Below, piece after piece: positions 13,306 to 22,845 of a DNA stretch of 64,000 nt; positions within the stretch are counted from its first letter, which is position 1, and each line of letters starts with the position of its first letter. This DNA is from an uncultured Acidobacteriota bacterium (GTDB lineage Bacteria; Acidobacteriota; Vicinamibacteria; Fen-336), in contig OY970399.1 in assembly GCA_963720545.1 (NCBI GenBank), forward strand, positions 3,744,001 through 3,808,000, in the 5' to 3' direction. The position numbers and the translations under genes were made by a program. The notes under the pieces were generated by a model. It saw only the letters and a program-made list of their open reading frames with translations, did not search any database and had not been told where the DNA came from.

Positions 13306-13920
13306 ATGGTCGCCGAACAGATCGCCGGCCGCGGCATTCGCGACCGCCTGACGCTCGCCGCGGTGCGCGCCGTGCAACGGCACCTGTTCGTGCCCTCCGA
13401 CCAGGAGGAAGAGGCCCACGAGGACCATCCGCTCGCGATCGGTCACGGCCAGACGATCTCCCAGCCCTATGTGGTCGCGCTCATGACGCAGGCGCTCTCT
13501 CTGCGCGGTGGCGAGAAGGTGCTCGAGGTCGGCACCGGCTCGGGCTACCAGGCGGCGGTGCTCGCGCAAATCGCGAAGCGCGTGTACTCGCTCGAGATCG
13601 TCGCGCCGCTCCTGGCCCAGGCGGCGAGCGCCCTGGCGCGCTGCGGCGTCGAAAACGTCACGCTGCGCGCCGGCGACGGCTATTCCGGCTGGCCCGAAGA
13701 GGCGCCGTTCGACGCCATCATGGTGACCGCCGCGGCACCGCGGGTTCCCGAGCCGCTGAAAGAGCAACTGCGGGTGGGCGGGCGGCTGGTGGTGCCGGTG
13801 GGCCTGAGCGACGAAGCCCAGGAACTGCTGGTGGTGCGGCGTCTCGAGAGCGGCGGCTTCAGCGAAGAGAACATCCTGCCCGTCCGCTTCGTGCCGATGA
13901 CCGGCGCCATCCGCGGCTAG
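13306..13920 (+). CDS. pcm: protein-L-isoaspartate O-methyltransferase
   Basis: GQTISQPY, VLEVGTGSGYQAA, APFDAIMVTAA, VRFVPM. Confidence 0.95.
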   Translation: MVAEQIAGRGIRDRLTLAAVRAVQRHLFVPSDQEEEAHEDHPLAIGHGQTISQPYVVALMTQALSLRGGEKVLEVGTGSGYQAAVLAQIAKRVYSLEIVAPLLAQAASALARCGVENVTLRAGDGYSGWPEEAPFDAIMVTAAAPRVPEPLKEQLRVGGRLVVPVGLSDEAQELLVVRRLESGGFSEENILPVRFVPMTGAIRG

Positions 13921-13962
13921 GGCCGCCGCGGCGCAACCGCGATGCTACTATCGTGTCAAGCG

Positions 13963-14424
13963 ATGGCGCGGCACTTCCTTCTTCGTCTCTCGGTGGCGGC
14001 AGCGGCACTCGCCATCGGTGCGCTCGCGACCGCGGAGCCACGGGTCATCCCGGTGACGCTGCCTTCCGGCAGCGTCTACCAGACCGAGCTCATGGTCGAC
14101 GACCAGGACCGGCAGATGGGCCTGATGTTTCGGCCTTCGCTGGCAGCGAGCCATGCCCTCCTCTTCATCTTCGAGGGCTCCGACTTCCACGGCATCTGGA
14201 TGAAGAACTGCAGGTTCCCGATCGACATCGTCTGGCTCGACGAGAACCGCAAGGTGGTGCACGTCGCCGAGGCGGTGCCGCCCTGCAAGAAGGACCCGTG
14301 CCCGGTGTACCTGCCGCAGCAGAAGGCGAGCTACGTCGTCGAGATGAACGCCCGCCAGGCCGCGAAGGAAAAGGCCGTGATCGGCGCGGCGTTCGCCTTT
14401 ACCTTGGAGCCTCCGGCTCGCTAG
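13963..14424 (+). CDS. DUF192 family exported protein
   Basis: Signal peptide, GLMFR, WMKNCRFPIDIVWLD, YVVEMNA. Confidence 0.85.
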   Translation: MARHFLLRLSVAAAALAIGALATAEPRVIPVTLPSGSVYQTELMVDDQDRQMGLMFRPSLAASHALLFIFEGSDFHGIWMKNCRFPIDIVWLDENRKVVHVAEAVPPCKKDPCPVYLPQQKASYVVEMNARQAAKEKAVIGAAFAFTLEPPAR

Positions 14425-15172
14425 CGGCCGCCGCGCGCCGCGGCTTGCCGAAGAGCCACGCGACCAGCACCCCGAGGAAGTAGAGGCCGATGATGGGGAC
14501 AGCGAGCGCCGTCTGCGTCACCACGTCGCCCGAGGGCGTGATCACCGCCGACAGGACGAAGGCGCCGAGCACCGCGTACTTGCTCTGGCGCAGCAGGAAG
14601 CCGGCGGTGACGAAACCGATGCGCGCCAGCACGAAGATGATGACCGGCAGCTGGAACACCGCGCCGATGCCCAGCAGGAACCACGAATAGAAGGTGAAGT
14701 ACTCGCTCACCTTGGGCATGAAGGTGACGTCGTTCTTCGCGACCGTCGCGAGGTAGCTGAACGTCATCGGGAACAGGATGTAGTGGCCGAACGCGCCGCC
14801 CAGGATGAAGAACAGCGCGCCGAAGCCGATGAAGGGCCACGCGTACTTGCGCTCGTGCTGGTAGAGGCCGGGGGCGATGAACGCCCAGATCTGCCACAGG
14901 ACGTAGGGCGAGACCACGAAGATGCCGACGAAGAACGACATCTTGATGAACAGCATGAAGGTCTCGGTGGGCGAGGTGGCGATGAACTGCACCGTCGGGT
15001 AGGCGACGCGCAGCGGCCCGGTGATGAAGTGGAAGATCCGCTCGCTGAACGCCCAGCAGACGCCGAAGCCCACGACCAGCGAGACCATCGCGCGCACCAG
15101 CCGGATGCGCAACTCCTCCAGGTGCTGGAGGAAAGACATCTTGTCCGGGGTGGGGAGGTTGCGAAGCGCCAC
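14399..15172 (-). CDS. tatC: twin-arginine translocase subunit TatC
   Basis: HLEELRIRL, WAFIAPGLYQHER, FQLP, ITPSGD. Confidence 0.96.
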   Translation of the reverse strand: MALRNLPTPDKMSFLQHLEELRIRLVRAMVSLVVGFGVCWAFSERIFHFITGPLRVAYPTVQFIATSPTETFMLFIKMSFFVGIFVVSPYVLWQIWAFIAPGLYQHERKYAWPFIGFGALFFILGGAFGHYILFPMTFSYLATVAKNDVTFMPKVSEYFTFYSWFLLGIGAVFQLPVIIFVLARIGFVTAGFLLRQSKYAVLGAFVLSAVITPSGDVVTQTALAVPIIGLYFLGVLVAWLFGKPRRAAAASEPEAPR

Positions 15173-15184
15173 GAATGCGGGGGG

Positions 15185-15559
15185 CTAGCCGCGGCTCACG
15201 GTCTCGCCTTCGGGCCTTTTCAGCTCGACGGCGGGCGCCGCGTCTGTCTCGGCTGCGGGTGCCGCAATCTCTGCGGCGGCCGCGGGCTGCGCTGTTTCCG
15301 GTGCCGGCTCGGCTGCGACTTCGACATGCGCCGCGGGCTGGGATGCGGGGCCGGGCGCGGTCGCGAGCGTCAGGTCGCGGATCTTCTCGGCCTCGACCTC
15401 ATTCTCGATCGTCTGCTTGAAGTCCGCGGACGCCTTGCGGAACTCGGCGAGCATCTTGCCCATGCTCTTGCCGATCTCAGGCAGCTTGCGCGGCCCGAAG
15501 ACGATGAGGCCGATGATGAGGATGAGGACGATCTCGGACCCGCCGAGGCTGCCGAACAT
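15185..15559 (-). CDS. twin-arginine translocase TatA/TatB family subunit
   Basis: EIVLILIIGLIVFGPRKLPEIGKSMGK..EFRKA; adjacent to tatC. Confidence 0.92.
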   Translation of the reverse strand: MFGSLGGSEIVLILIIGLIVFGPRKLPEIGKSMGKMLAEFRKASADFKQTIENEVEAEKIRDLTLATAPGPASQPAAHVEVAAEPAPETAQPAAAAEIAAPAAETDAAPAVELKRPEGETVSRG

Positions 15560-15563
15560 GGAT

Positions 15564-16202
15564 TTATGACCCGGGTTCGATCTTAGCACCGGGGTCCGGA
15601 AACGCCGGGCTATTCGGATGTCCAGGAAACAGCGGCTGTCCCGGCTTCACGACGCCGCCCGAAACGATGAAGTTCATGGCCTCGGGGAAGGTGACTGCGA
15701 GCGGCGTGACCTCGCCTGGATCGCACAGCACCAGGAACCCCGAGGTGGGGTTGGGGGTCGTCGGCAGGAAAACCGACACGGAGCGAATGTCGCGGTCGGT
15801 GACGAAACCCATCATGTAGAGGCCCTTGCGCGGATACTCCACGAGCACCACTTCCTGGCTCGAGCCCTGGTCGCGGCCGAGCACCGAAAAAAGCTGCCGC
15901 GCCGGCCCGTAGATCGAACGCACGAACGGCAGGCGCAGGAATACCGTCTCGACGGCGCGCAGGATGCGCGCGCCGACGATGCTGCCGGCGGCCAGGCCGA
16001 TGAGGTAGATGACGGCGATGGTGATCGCGGTGCCGAGCCCCGGGATCTTGCGCCCCGCCACTGCCTCGATCAGGGTCGAGACGCCGAGGCCGTCGAGCAG
16101 ACGGAAGATGAAACCGATCAGCCAGATGGTGATGACGAGCGGCAGGATGAGCAGCAGGCCGCTCACGAAAGTGCGCCGCGGAGAGGAGAGCCGCTTCCAC
16201 AT
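15564..16202 (-). CDS. DUF502 family membrane protein
   Basis: GLLLILPLVIT, LPFVRSIY, VEYPRKG, FLPTTPNPTSGF, IVSGG. Confidence 0.9.
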   Translation of the reverse strand: MWKRLSSPRRTFVSGLLLILPLVITIWLIGFIFRLLDGLGVSTLIEAVAGRKIPGLGTAITIAVIYLIGLAAGSIVGARILRAVETVFLRLPFVRSIYGPARQLFSVLGRDQGSSQEVVLVEYPRKGLYMMGFVTDRDIRSVSVFLPTTPNPTSGFLVLCDPGEVTPLAVTFPEAMNFIVSGGVVKPGQPLFPGHPNSPAFPDPGAKIEPGS

Positions 16203-16259
16203 GGGCGCGCAAGTGTCGCCTCTTATTGGCGGGCTTTCAAGGCAAGGCTTCGTGCGACA

Positions 16260-16922
16260 ATGAACGCCGTGGCGCCCGGCGAGGACGAGTACTACTACCA
16301 GATCGAGCTGACCAACAAGAAGCTCATCTTCTATTTCGCCGCCGGCGCGCTGGCGCTGGTGCTGAGCTTCCTCGCCGGCGTCATGGTCGGCCGCGGCGCC
16401 GATGGGCCGCGCAACACCGTGGCCGAAGCCGCACGCGCGGAAGAGCGCATCGTCGCCGAGCCTTCTGTCGATGGAGCGGCCGCAGCGATGATCGCGCCGA
16501 GCCCGAGCGCCTCTCCCGAAGACCTGACCTATACCGAGCGCCTCGAGTCGGCGCGCGTCGACGACACGCTCGACCGCCCGGCGGTGGCGCGCCCGCGCCC
16601 GACCCCGGCGGCAAAACCAACGGCGTCGCCGCGGGCCAGGCCAACGCCGACGGCGCGGCCAGCGGCCGCGGCGCCGATTGCGACCGCCGCCGCCAAGGGC
16701 ACCTTTTCCGTGCAAGTCGGCGCCTTCCAGGACCGCGGCACGGCCGAGTCGGTGGCTGGACGCCTCAAGGGACGTGGTTTCCCCGCGTTCGTCTCGCCCG
16801 GCGGCGTCGCCGGTTTGTGGAACGTCCGGGTCGGCACCTATCGCGCCCGTCCCGAAGCCGAGCGCGCGCGCGACCGGCTGAAGAACGCCGAGAAGCTTTC
16901 GCCCTTCATCATCACGAACTGA
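16260..16922 (+). CDS. SPOR-domain cell division protein (TM, Pro-rich linker, SPOR)
   Basis: N-terminal TM (SFLAGVMVGR), VQVGAFQDR..A..L, VRVGTY; alternative GTG start at 16269. Confidence 0.88.
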   Translation: MNAVAPGEDEYYYQIELTNKKLIFYFAAGALALVLSFLAGVMVGRGADGPRNTVAEAARAEERIVAEPSVDGAAAAMIAPSPSASPEDLTYTERLESARVDDTLDRPAVARPRPTPAAKPTASPRARPTPTARPAAAAPIATAAAKGTFSVQVGAFQDRGTAESVAGRLKGRGFPAFVSPGGVAGLWNVRVGTYRARPEAERARDRLKNAEKLSPFIITN

Positions 16923-16927
16923 CCGGG

Positions 16928-18466
16928 ATGCTCGTGTCCTGGCTGCTGGCAACACTGTCGGGCGTGCTGCTGTTCCTGTCGTTCCCGAAGTTCGGATCGC
17001 CGGCGTTCGCGTGGCTGGCACTGGCGCCCTTGCTGGTCGCGCTGCATCGCGCGCGCGGCCGCCGGGGCTTCTTGCTCGGCCTCACGGCGGGCTTCGTCGG
17101 GAACCTCGGGATCTACTACTGGATCGCGATCGTGATGAGCCAGTACGGGGGCCTCTCATACCTCGTCACCGTGCCGCTCATGAGCCTGCTGTGTCTCGTC
17201 ATCGCGCTTCTGCCGGCGGTGTTCGGCTGGGCCATGAGCCGGTTCCTGGCGCGCTTCGGCACTGCTGCGTACGCCCTGGCCCCGGTCGCGTGGGTCGCGC
17301 TCGAACTGTTCCGCAGCCGCACCATGTTGCGCTTCGCGTGGTGCCTGCTCGGCTACAGCCAGGCCGTGAACCTGCCGTACGCCCAACTGGCACGGCTCTT
17401 CGGCGTTTACGGCATCTCGTTCCTGCTGGTTGGCGGCGCCGCTGCGCTCGCGTACGCAATCGCGGAGAGAGGCGGCCGCGCCACCAGCCGCGTGCTGGTC
17501 GGGTTCGTGTTCGTGGCGTCGGCTGCGTACTGGGATGGGCGGCGCCAGCTGGCCGCGGCGAGTCCTGAGACGGGCAGCATCCGCGTGGGCCTGATCCAGG
17601 CGAACATCCCGCAGGACGTGAAGTGGGACCCGGCGTACGCCGCGGCCAACTTCCAGAAGCACCTGGCGCTCACCGGCCAGGCGCTCGCGCGCGGCGCTCG
17701 ATTCGTTGTCTGGCCGGAGTCGTCGGTGCCCGGCTTCTACGACGAGTCGGAGTACCTGAGCGAAACGCTCGGCGGTGTCGCGTCGCGCGGCAGCGCGTCT
17801 GTCTTGTTCGGCAACGACGACCGCATCGCGGCGCCTGACGGCGAGAAGTACTACGTCGGCGCGAAGATGGTGGGAGCGGACGGCGTGCTCCGCTACCGCT
17901 ATCACAAGATCAACCTGGTGCCATTTGGCGAGTACGTCCCATTCCACTCGGTGCTGACGCTCGGCGGCCGCTATGCCGCGCGTCTCACCGAGAACGTCTC
18001 CGATTTCACGCCCGGCGAGGATCTCGTGCTCGGCGAGCTGCCTGGCGGGCACCGCTTCGGCGCCTTCATCTGCTACGAGGCGATCTATCCCGACCTCATC
18101 TCCGGCTTCGCGGGCAAGGGCGCCGAGCTGCTCGTGAACATCACCAACGACGCCTGGTACGGCACCACTTCTGCGCCGCACCAGCACTTCGCGATGGCGT
18201 CGCTGCGCGCGGTGGAGACGGGCCGCTACCTGGTGCGCGCCGCCAACACCGGGATCACCGCCGTGGTCGATCCGCGCGGCCGCGTGCTCGAACGCACCAG
18301 CCTGTTCGTGCCGGCGGCGTTGGTGCGCGACGTGCCGTTCGTCAGCGCCACCACCTTTTACACGCGCCACGGCGACGTCCTCGCGTGGACGTGCGGCGGG
18401 CTTTTCGCCGCGGCGCTCCTTGCCTCGTTCGCCGGCCCGCGTGCCGCCGGCCGCCCCTTACAATGA
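16928..18466 (+). CDS. lnt: apolipoprotein N-acyltransferase
   Basis: QANIPQ, WPES, YHKINLVPFGEYVP, ICYE, TNDAWY, RAANTG. Confidence 0.97.
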   Translation: MLVSWLLATLSGVLLFLSFPKFGSPAFAWLALAPLLVALHRARGRRGFLLGLTAGFVGNLGIYYWIAIVMSQYGGLSYLVTVPLMSLLCLVIALLPAVFGWAMSRFLARFGTAAYALAPVAWVALELFRSRTMLRFAWCLLGYSQAVNLPYAQLARLFGVYGISFLLVGGAAALAYAIAERGGRATSRVLVGFVFVASAAYWDGRRQLAAASPETGSIRVGLIQANIPQDVKWDPAYAAANFQKHLALTGQALARGARFVVWPESSVPGFYDESEYLSETLGGVASRGSASVLFGNDDRIAAPDGEKYYVGAKMVGADGVLRYRYHKINLVPFGEYVPFHSVLTLGGRYAARLTENVSDFTPGEDLVLGELPGGHRFGAFICYEAIYPDLISGFAGKGAELLVNITNDAWYGTTSAPHQHFAMASLRAVETGRYLVRAANTGITAVVDPRGRVLERTSLFVPAALVRDVPFVSATTFYTRHGDVLAWTCGGLFAAALLASFAGPRAAGRPLQ

Positions 18467-19606
18467 GTACGGAGGCCTCGTTGCACGACCTGCAGCAGAA
18501 ATACGATGACCTCGTCGCGAGGGCCGCGGACATCCGCGGCTATCTTTGACGGCGCGGCACTGACGAAGGAGCTGGGCCAGCTCGAGGAGCGGATGACCGC
18601 CCCCGACTTCTGGAACCAGCAGGAAGCGGCGCAGGCGGCGCTCAAGCGCAGGAAGCGCGTCGACCTCGACCTCGGCACGCTGCAGAAGCTGCGCAGCCTC
18701 GAAGACGACACCCGGGTGCTCATCGAGTGGGCGGAGGCGGGCGAGAAGGTCGAAGGCGACCTCGCCGCGTCGCTCGATTCGCTGGCGGCCCTCGTCGAAG
18801 AGGCCGAGTTCCAGAAGCTGCTGGGCGGCGAGCACGACCCGGCGAGCGCCATCCTTTCCATCAACGCCGGCGCCGGCGGCACCGAGAGCCAGGACTGGGC
18901 GGAGATGCTGCTGCGCATGTACCTGCGCTGGTGCGAGAAGAAGGGCTACAAGTGTTCGGTCACCGAAACCCAGGCGGGTGAAGAGGCGGGCATCAAGAGC
19001 GCCACCGTGCTGGTGGCTGGCGAATACGCGTACGGGTTCCTTGCCGTGGAGGTGGGCGTGCACCGCCTGGTGCGCATCAGCCCGTTCGATTCCGCCGCGC
19101 GCCGCCACACCTCGTTCGCCTCGGTGTTCGCCTGGCCGCAGATCGACGAAGACATCAAGATCGAGATCAACGACAAGGACCTGCGCATCGACACCTATCG
19201 CTCGAGCGGCGCCGGCGGCCAGCACATCAACGTCACCGACTCGGCGGTACGCATCACGCACCTGCCGACCGGCATCGTGGTCTCGTGCCAGAACGAGCGC
19301 AGCCAGATCCGCAACCGCGAAGTGGCGATGAAGGTGCTGAAGTCGCGCCTCTACGACCTCGAGCTGCAGAAGCAGCGCGACAAGCTCGACGCCGTCGAGG
19401 CGGCGAAGAAAGACATCGCCTTCGGCAGCCAGATTCGTTCTTACGTCATGCACCCGTACCGCATGGTGAAGGACCACCGCACGCGTTTCGAGGTCGGCGA
19501 CGTGGACGCAGTGATGAACGGCGATCTCGACGAGTTCATCAAGGCAGCCCTGGTGGCGCGGGCCAAGGGAACGTTGGGCAAAGCCGGTGTGGCGAACGAC
19601 GACTAG
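18463..19606 (+). CDS. prfB: peptide chain release factor 2 with programmed +1 frameshift (start ATG18463 or TTG18481)
   Basis: First frame ends TAT CTT TGA C; +1 frame has [20 protein letters not shown]. Confidence 0.97.
18535..18550 (+). promoter_or_regulatory. prfB +1 ribosomal frameshift site
   Basis: CGCGGC TAT CTT TGA C; CTT at 18544-18546, TGA at 18547-18549. Confidence 0.93.
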
Positions 19607-20510
19607 CCGCGGCACCCGCTCGCTGTTAGCTGCCGCCGCGGTGCTCTGCGCACAGCCAGGCGTGCCGGCCGAAGGCGACCTGCCGGTGGCGCTTGTCTAC
19701 CAGCGCACCGAGGGCGGCAACCAGGACATCTACTTGAAGCTGCCGGGTGGCGCGGAGCGGCGCCTCACCGATGACCCCGCGGAAGACATGCTGCCGCGCT
19801 TCACGCCCGACGGCCGCTCGGTGCTGTTCGCCTCGAAGCGCACCGGCACCTGGCAGATCTTCGAGGTCTCGGTGCGCGGCGGACCCGAGCGCCGGGTGCG
19901 CGCCAACGCCTTCACCGAATTCCAGATTGCGCTGTCGCCCGACGGCAGGCAGCTGGCGTTCCTCTCCAACGCCTCGGGGCGCGAGGGGCTGTGGCTCATG
20001 GACTGGCCGAACGGCAAGGCGCGGCAGCTGGTGGACCATGGCCGCGCGGTCCTGGGCAATCCCAGCTGGAGCCCGGATGGCACGCGCATCGTGTTCTCGT
20101 CGAACTACCGGATCGGCCACCAGATCTACCTGGTGAACGTCGCCGACGGCAAGGTCGAGCGCCTGTCGCCGCTGATCAAGGGCGGCTGCGAGCCGCGCTT
20201 CAACGCCGATGGCCGCTCGGTGCTCTACGTGAGCCGCGGACACCGGCGGCCGACCTCGCGACTCGTGCGGCACGACCTGCGCAGCCACGAGGAGCAGGTG
20301 CTCGTCGACTGGCCCGGCCTCAACTACGGGCCGGTGCTCTCGCCGGACGGCACCGAGATCGCCTTCAGTTCGACCGTGTCCGGCACCGCGCAGGTCTATC
20401 GCCTGCGGCTTCGTGACGGCAAGTCGTGGCAGATGACCTTCGGCAAGGGCCCCGCCGGGGCGCCCGACTATCGCCCTGGCGGCGGCGGCGACGGCGCGGA
20501 CGGCCGCTGA
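19587..20510 (+). CDS. TolB-like (PD40) beta-propeller exported protein (start uncertain)
   Basis: About six PxW/FSPDG repeats after a signal-like N-terminus. Confidence 0.82.
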   Translation: MWRTTTSRGTRSLLAAAAVLCAQPGVPAEGDLPVALVYQRTEGGNQDIYLKLPGGAERRLTDDPAEDMLPRFTPDGRSVLFASKRTGTWQIFEVSVRGGPERRVRANAFTEFQIALSPDGRQLAFLSNASGREGLWLMDWPNGKARQLVDHGRAVLGNPSWSPDGTRIVFSSNYRIGHQIYLVNVADGKVERLSPLIKGGCEPRFNADGRSVLYVSRGHRRPTSRLVRHDLRSHEEQVLVDWPGLNYGPVLSPDGTEIAFSSTVSGTAQVYRLRLRDGKSWQMTFGKGPAGAPDYRPGGGGDGADGR

Positions 20511-22819
20511 GTCGGCAGCGGCACGGCGACAGGCAGCGGCGGCGGCACGCTGATGAGCGGTGCCGCGGTGAGCGGCGCCGGCTCGGTGCCTTCGACGAAC
20601 GCTTCCATCACGATGCCGGGCGCCCCGGCGGTGCCGCGCCGGCCCTGCTCGTCGATCGGCACCAACACCACGTTGGGCGGCGGTTCGAAGTCGACGATCG
20701 GCGCGTCCTTCATGGCCTCGCGCCAGAAGTCGATCCACACCGGCAGCGCGCCGCGGCCGCCGGTCTCGCCCTTGCCGAGCGAACGGCGCTTGTCGTCGTA
20801 GCCGATCCAGACACCGGCAGCCAGCGCCGGCTCGTAGCCGACGAACCAGGCGTCGGTGAAGTCGTTGGTGGTGCCGGTCTTGCCGGCGATCGGCCGTTCC
20901 AGCCGCGCTGCCGCGCCGGCGGTGCCCCGCAGCACCACGCCGCGCAGCAGCTGCGTGACGATGTAGGCGGTGTCCGCGCGCAGCGCGTCGGTCGCCTCGG
21001 GGCGTGATTCCTCCAGCACGTTGCCGTCGCGGTCGGTGATCTTCGTGATGAAGGACGGCGTCATGCGCAGCCCCTGGTTGCCGAACGCGCCGAAGGCAGA
21101 GGTGATCTCCATGAGTGTGCCCTCACCGGCGCCGAGGGCCAGCGGCAGGTAGCGCGGCAGGTCGCCGGCGATGCCGAGGCGGTGCGCGTACTCGATCGTC
21201 GGCTCGATGCCGACCGCCTCGAGCGTGCGCACCGCCGGGATGTTGCGGCTTTGCTCCACCGCGCGCCGCAGCGTGATCGGGCCTTCGAAGCGGAAGTCGT
21301 AGTTCTGCGGCTGCCAGGTGTTCTGCGGCGTCGCCCCTGGATAGGACACCGGCGTGTCGTCGATGATCGAGGCCGGCGTCATCGACAGCCGCTCGAGCGC
21401 CGTTGCGTATACGATCGGCTTGAACGCCGAGCCGAGCTGGCGGTTCGCCTGCACCGCACGGTCGAACTTGCTGCGCTCGAAGCTCCATCCGCCGCAGAGG
21501 GCACGCACCGCTCCCGAGCGCGGATCGAGTGCCAGCAGCGCGCCCTCGACCGCGGGCTCCTGGTCGAGCGCCACGCGCAGCAGCGGCGGGTTGGCGGTGT
21601 CGTCGACGCTTTTCACCTCGAACAGCGCGGTGGCGCCGGGCGGCAGCAGCACGGCGAGGTCCTTGCGCCGCGTCCACTCGACATCCTTCGGCGTGAGCAC
21701 CGCGCGATAGTCGCGGATGCGCACCACGGCCCGCGCGGCGCTCGACTCGAGCACCACGCCGCGGATTGCGTCGCCGGCCGCGAGCGGCCGGGCGGTCCAG
21801 TCGTCGAGCACGGCCGTCTTCGGGTCCTCGCCGGCCGCGACGCGGCCGATCGAACGCGGGTCGAAGCCGCGCGCGCGCCGGTCGACCGCGCGCAGCCCCT
21901 TCGAGAACGCGCGGTTCGCCGCTGCCTGCATCCTCGGGTCGAGCGTCGTAAACACCTGCAAGCCGCCCTGGTAGATCCGCTGGCTGCCGTACTCGCGCTC
22001 GAGGTGCTTGCGCACCTCTTCGAGGAAGTACGGGGCGATCGACGGCGAATCCCGCCGCAGGTGCAACCCCAGCGGTTCGGCGCGGGCGCGCGCCGCCTCG
22101 TCGGACGAGACGTACTTCTCCGCCTCCATGCGAGCGAGCACGTGGTTGCGGCGCTGCACGGAGCTCTCGGGATGCTCGATCGGGGAGAGCCGGCCGGGGC
22201 TCTGGATGATGCCGGCGAGGGTCGCCGCCTGCGCCAGCGTCAGCTCCTTCACGGTGCGCGCGAAGAACAGCTCGCTTGCGGCCTCGACGCCGTAGGCGCC
22301 GTGGCCGAAGTACACCTGGTTGCTGTAGAGCGCGAAGATCTCCTCCTTGGTGAAGTTCTTCTCGATGTCGAAGGCGAGGATCACCTCCTTGATCTTGCGC
22401 TCGTAGGTCTTCTCGGGGGTCAGGAACAGGAGCCGGGAAAGCTGCATCGTCAGGGTGGACGAACCCTGCGAGCGCCGGCCAGAGCGCAGGTTGGCGATGG
22501 CCGCCGCCGGCACGCGCCACACGTTGATGCCCATGTGCTTCCAGAAGTCGGTGTCCTCGACCGCGACGATCGCGTTGCGCAACAGCGGCGGGATGTCGGC
22601 GAACGGCACGATCACGCGGCGCTCGATCGCGAAGTCGCCGATCTTCGTGCCGTCGGCCGCGAACACCTGGGTGATGATGTTCGGCTGGTACTTCTCGAGG
22701 TCGGAGACCTGCGGCAGGTCGCCGCGGTAGACGAAGAGAGCGCCGCACAGCGCGCCGAACAGGATCGCGAACGCGAACGACCCGGTGATCAGCCAGCGCC
22801 TGGCGGCGTTGCGGTCCAT
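20468..22819 (-). CDS. mrcA: penicillin-binding protein 1A family (transglycosylase/transpeptidase)
   Basis: AVEDTDF, QGSSTLTMQL, RKIKE; SAFK (SxxK), SRN, KTGT. Confidence 0.93.
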   Translation of the reverse strand: MDRNAARRWLITGSFAFAILFGALCGALFVYRGDLPQVSDLEKYQPNIITQVFAADGTKIGDFAIERRVIVPFADIPPLLRNAIVAVEDTDFWKHMGINVWRVPAAAIANLRSGRRSQGSSTLTMQLSRLLFLTPEKTYERKIKEVILAFDIEKNFTKEEIFALYSNQVYFGHGAYGVEAASELFFARTVKELTLAQAATLAGIIQSPGRLSPIEHPESSVQRRNHVLARMEAEKYVSSDEAARARAEPLGLHLRRDSPSIAPYFLEEVRKHLEREYGSQRIYQGGLQVFTTLDPRMQAAANRAFSKGLRAVDRRARGFDPRSIGRVAAGEDPKTAVLDDWTARPLAAGDAIRGVVLESSAARAVVRIRDYRAVLTPKDVEWTRRKDLAVLLPPGATALFEVKSVDDTANPPLLRVALDQEPAVEGALLALDPRSGAVRALCGGWSFERSKFDRAVQANRQLGSAFKPIVYATALERLSMTPASIIDDTPVSYPGATPQNTWQPQNYDFRFEGPITLRRAVEQSRNIPAVRTLEAVGIEPTIEYAHRLGIAGDLPRYLPLALGAGEGTLMEITSAFGAFGNQGLRMTPSFITKITDRDGNVLEESRPEATDALRADTAYIVTQLLRGVVLRGTAGAAARLERPIAGKTGTTNDFTDAWFVGYEPALAAGVWIGYDDKRRSLGKGETGGRGALPVWIDFWREAMKDAPIVDFEPPPNVVLVPIDEQGRRGTAGAPGIVMEAFVEGTEPAPLTAAPLISVPPPLPVAVPLPTQRPSAPSPPPPGR

Positions 22820-22845
22820 CGCCCCATGCTAGCGGGGACCCCGGT

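Noticed and set aside
18463..18550. prfB as a frameshifted pseudogene
   Set aside because: The break is the canonical CTT TGA C autoregulatory site.
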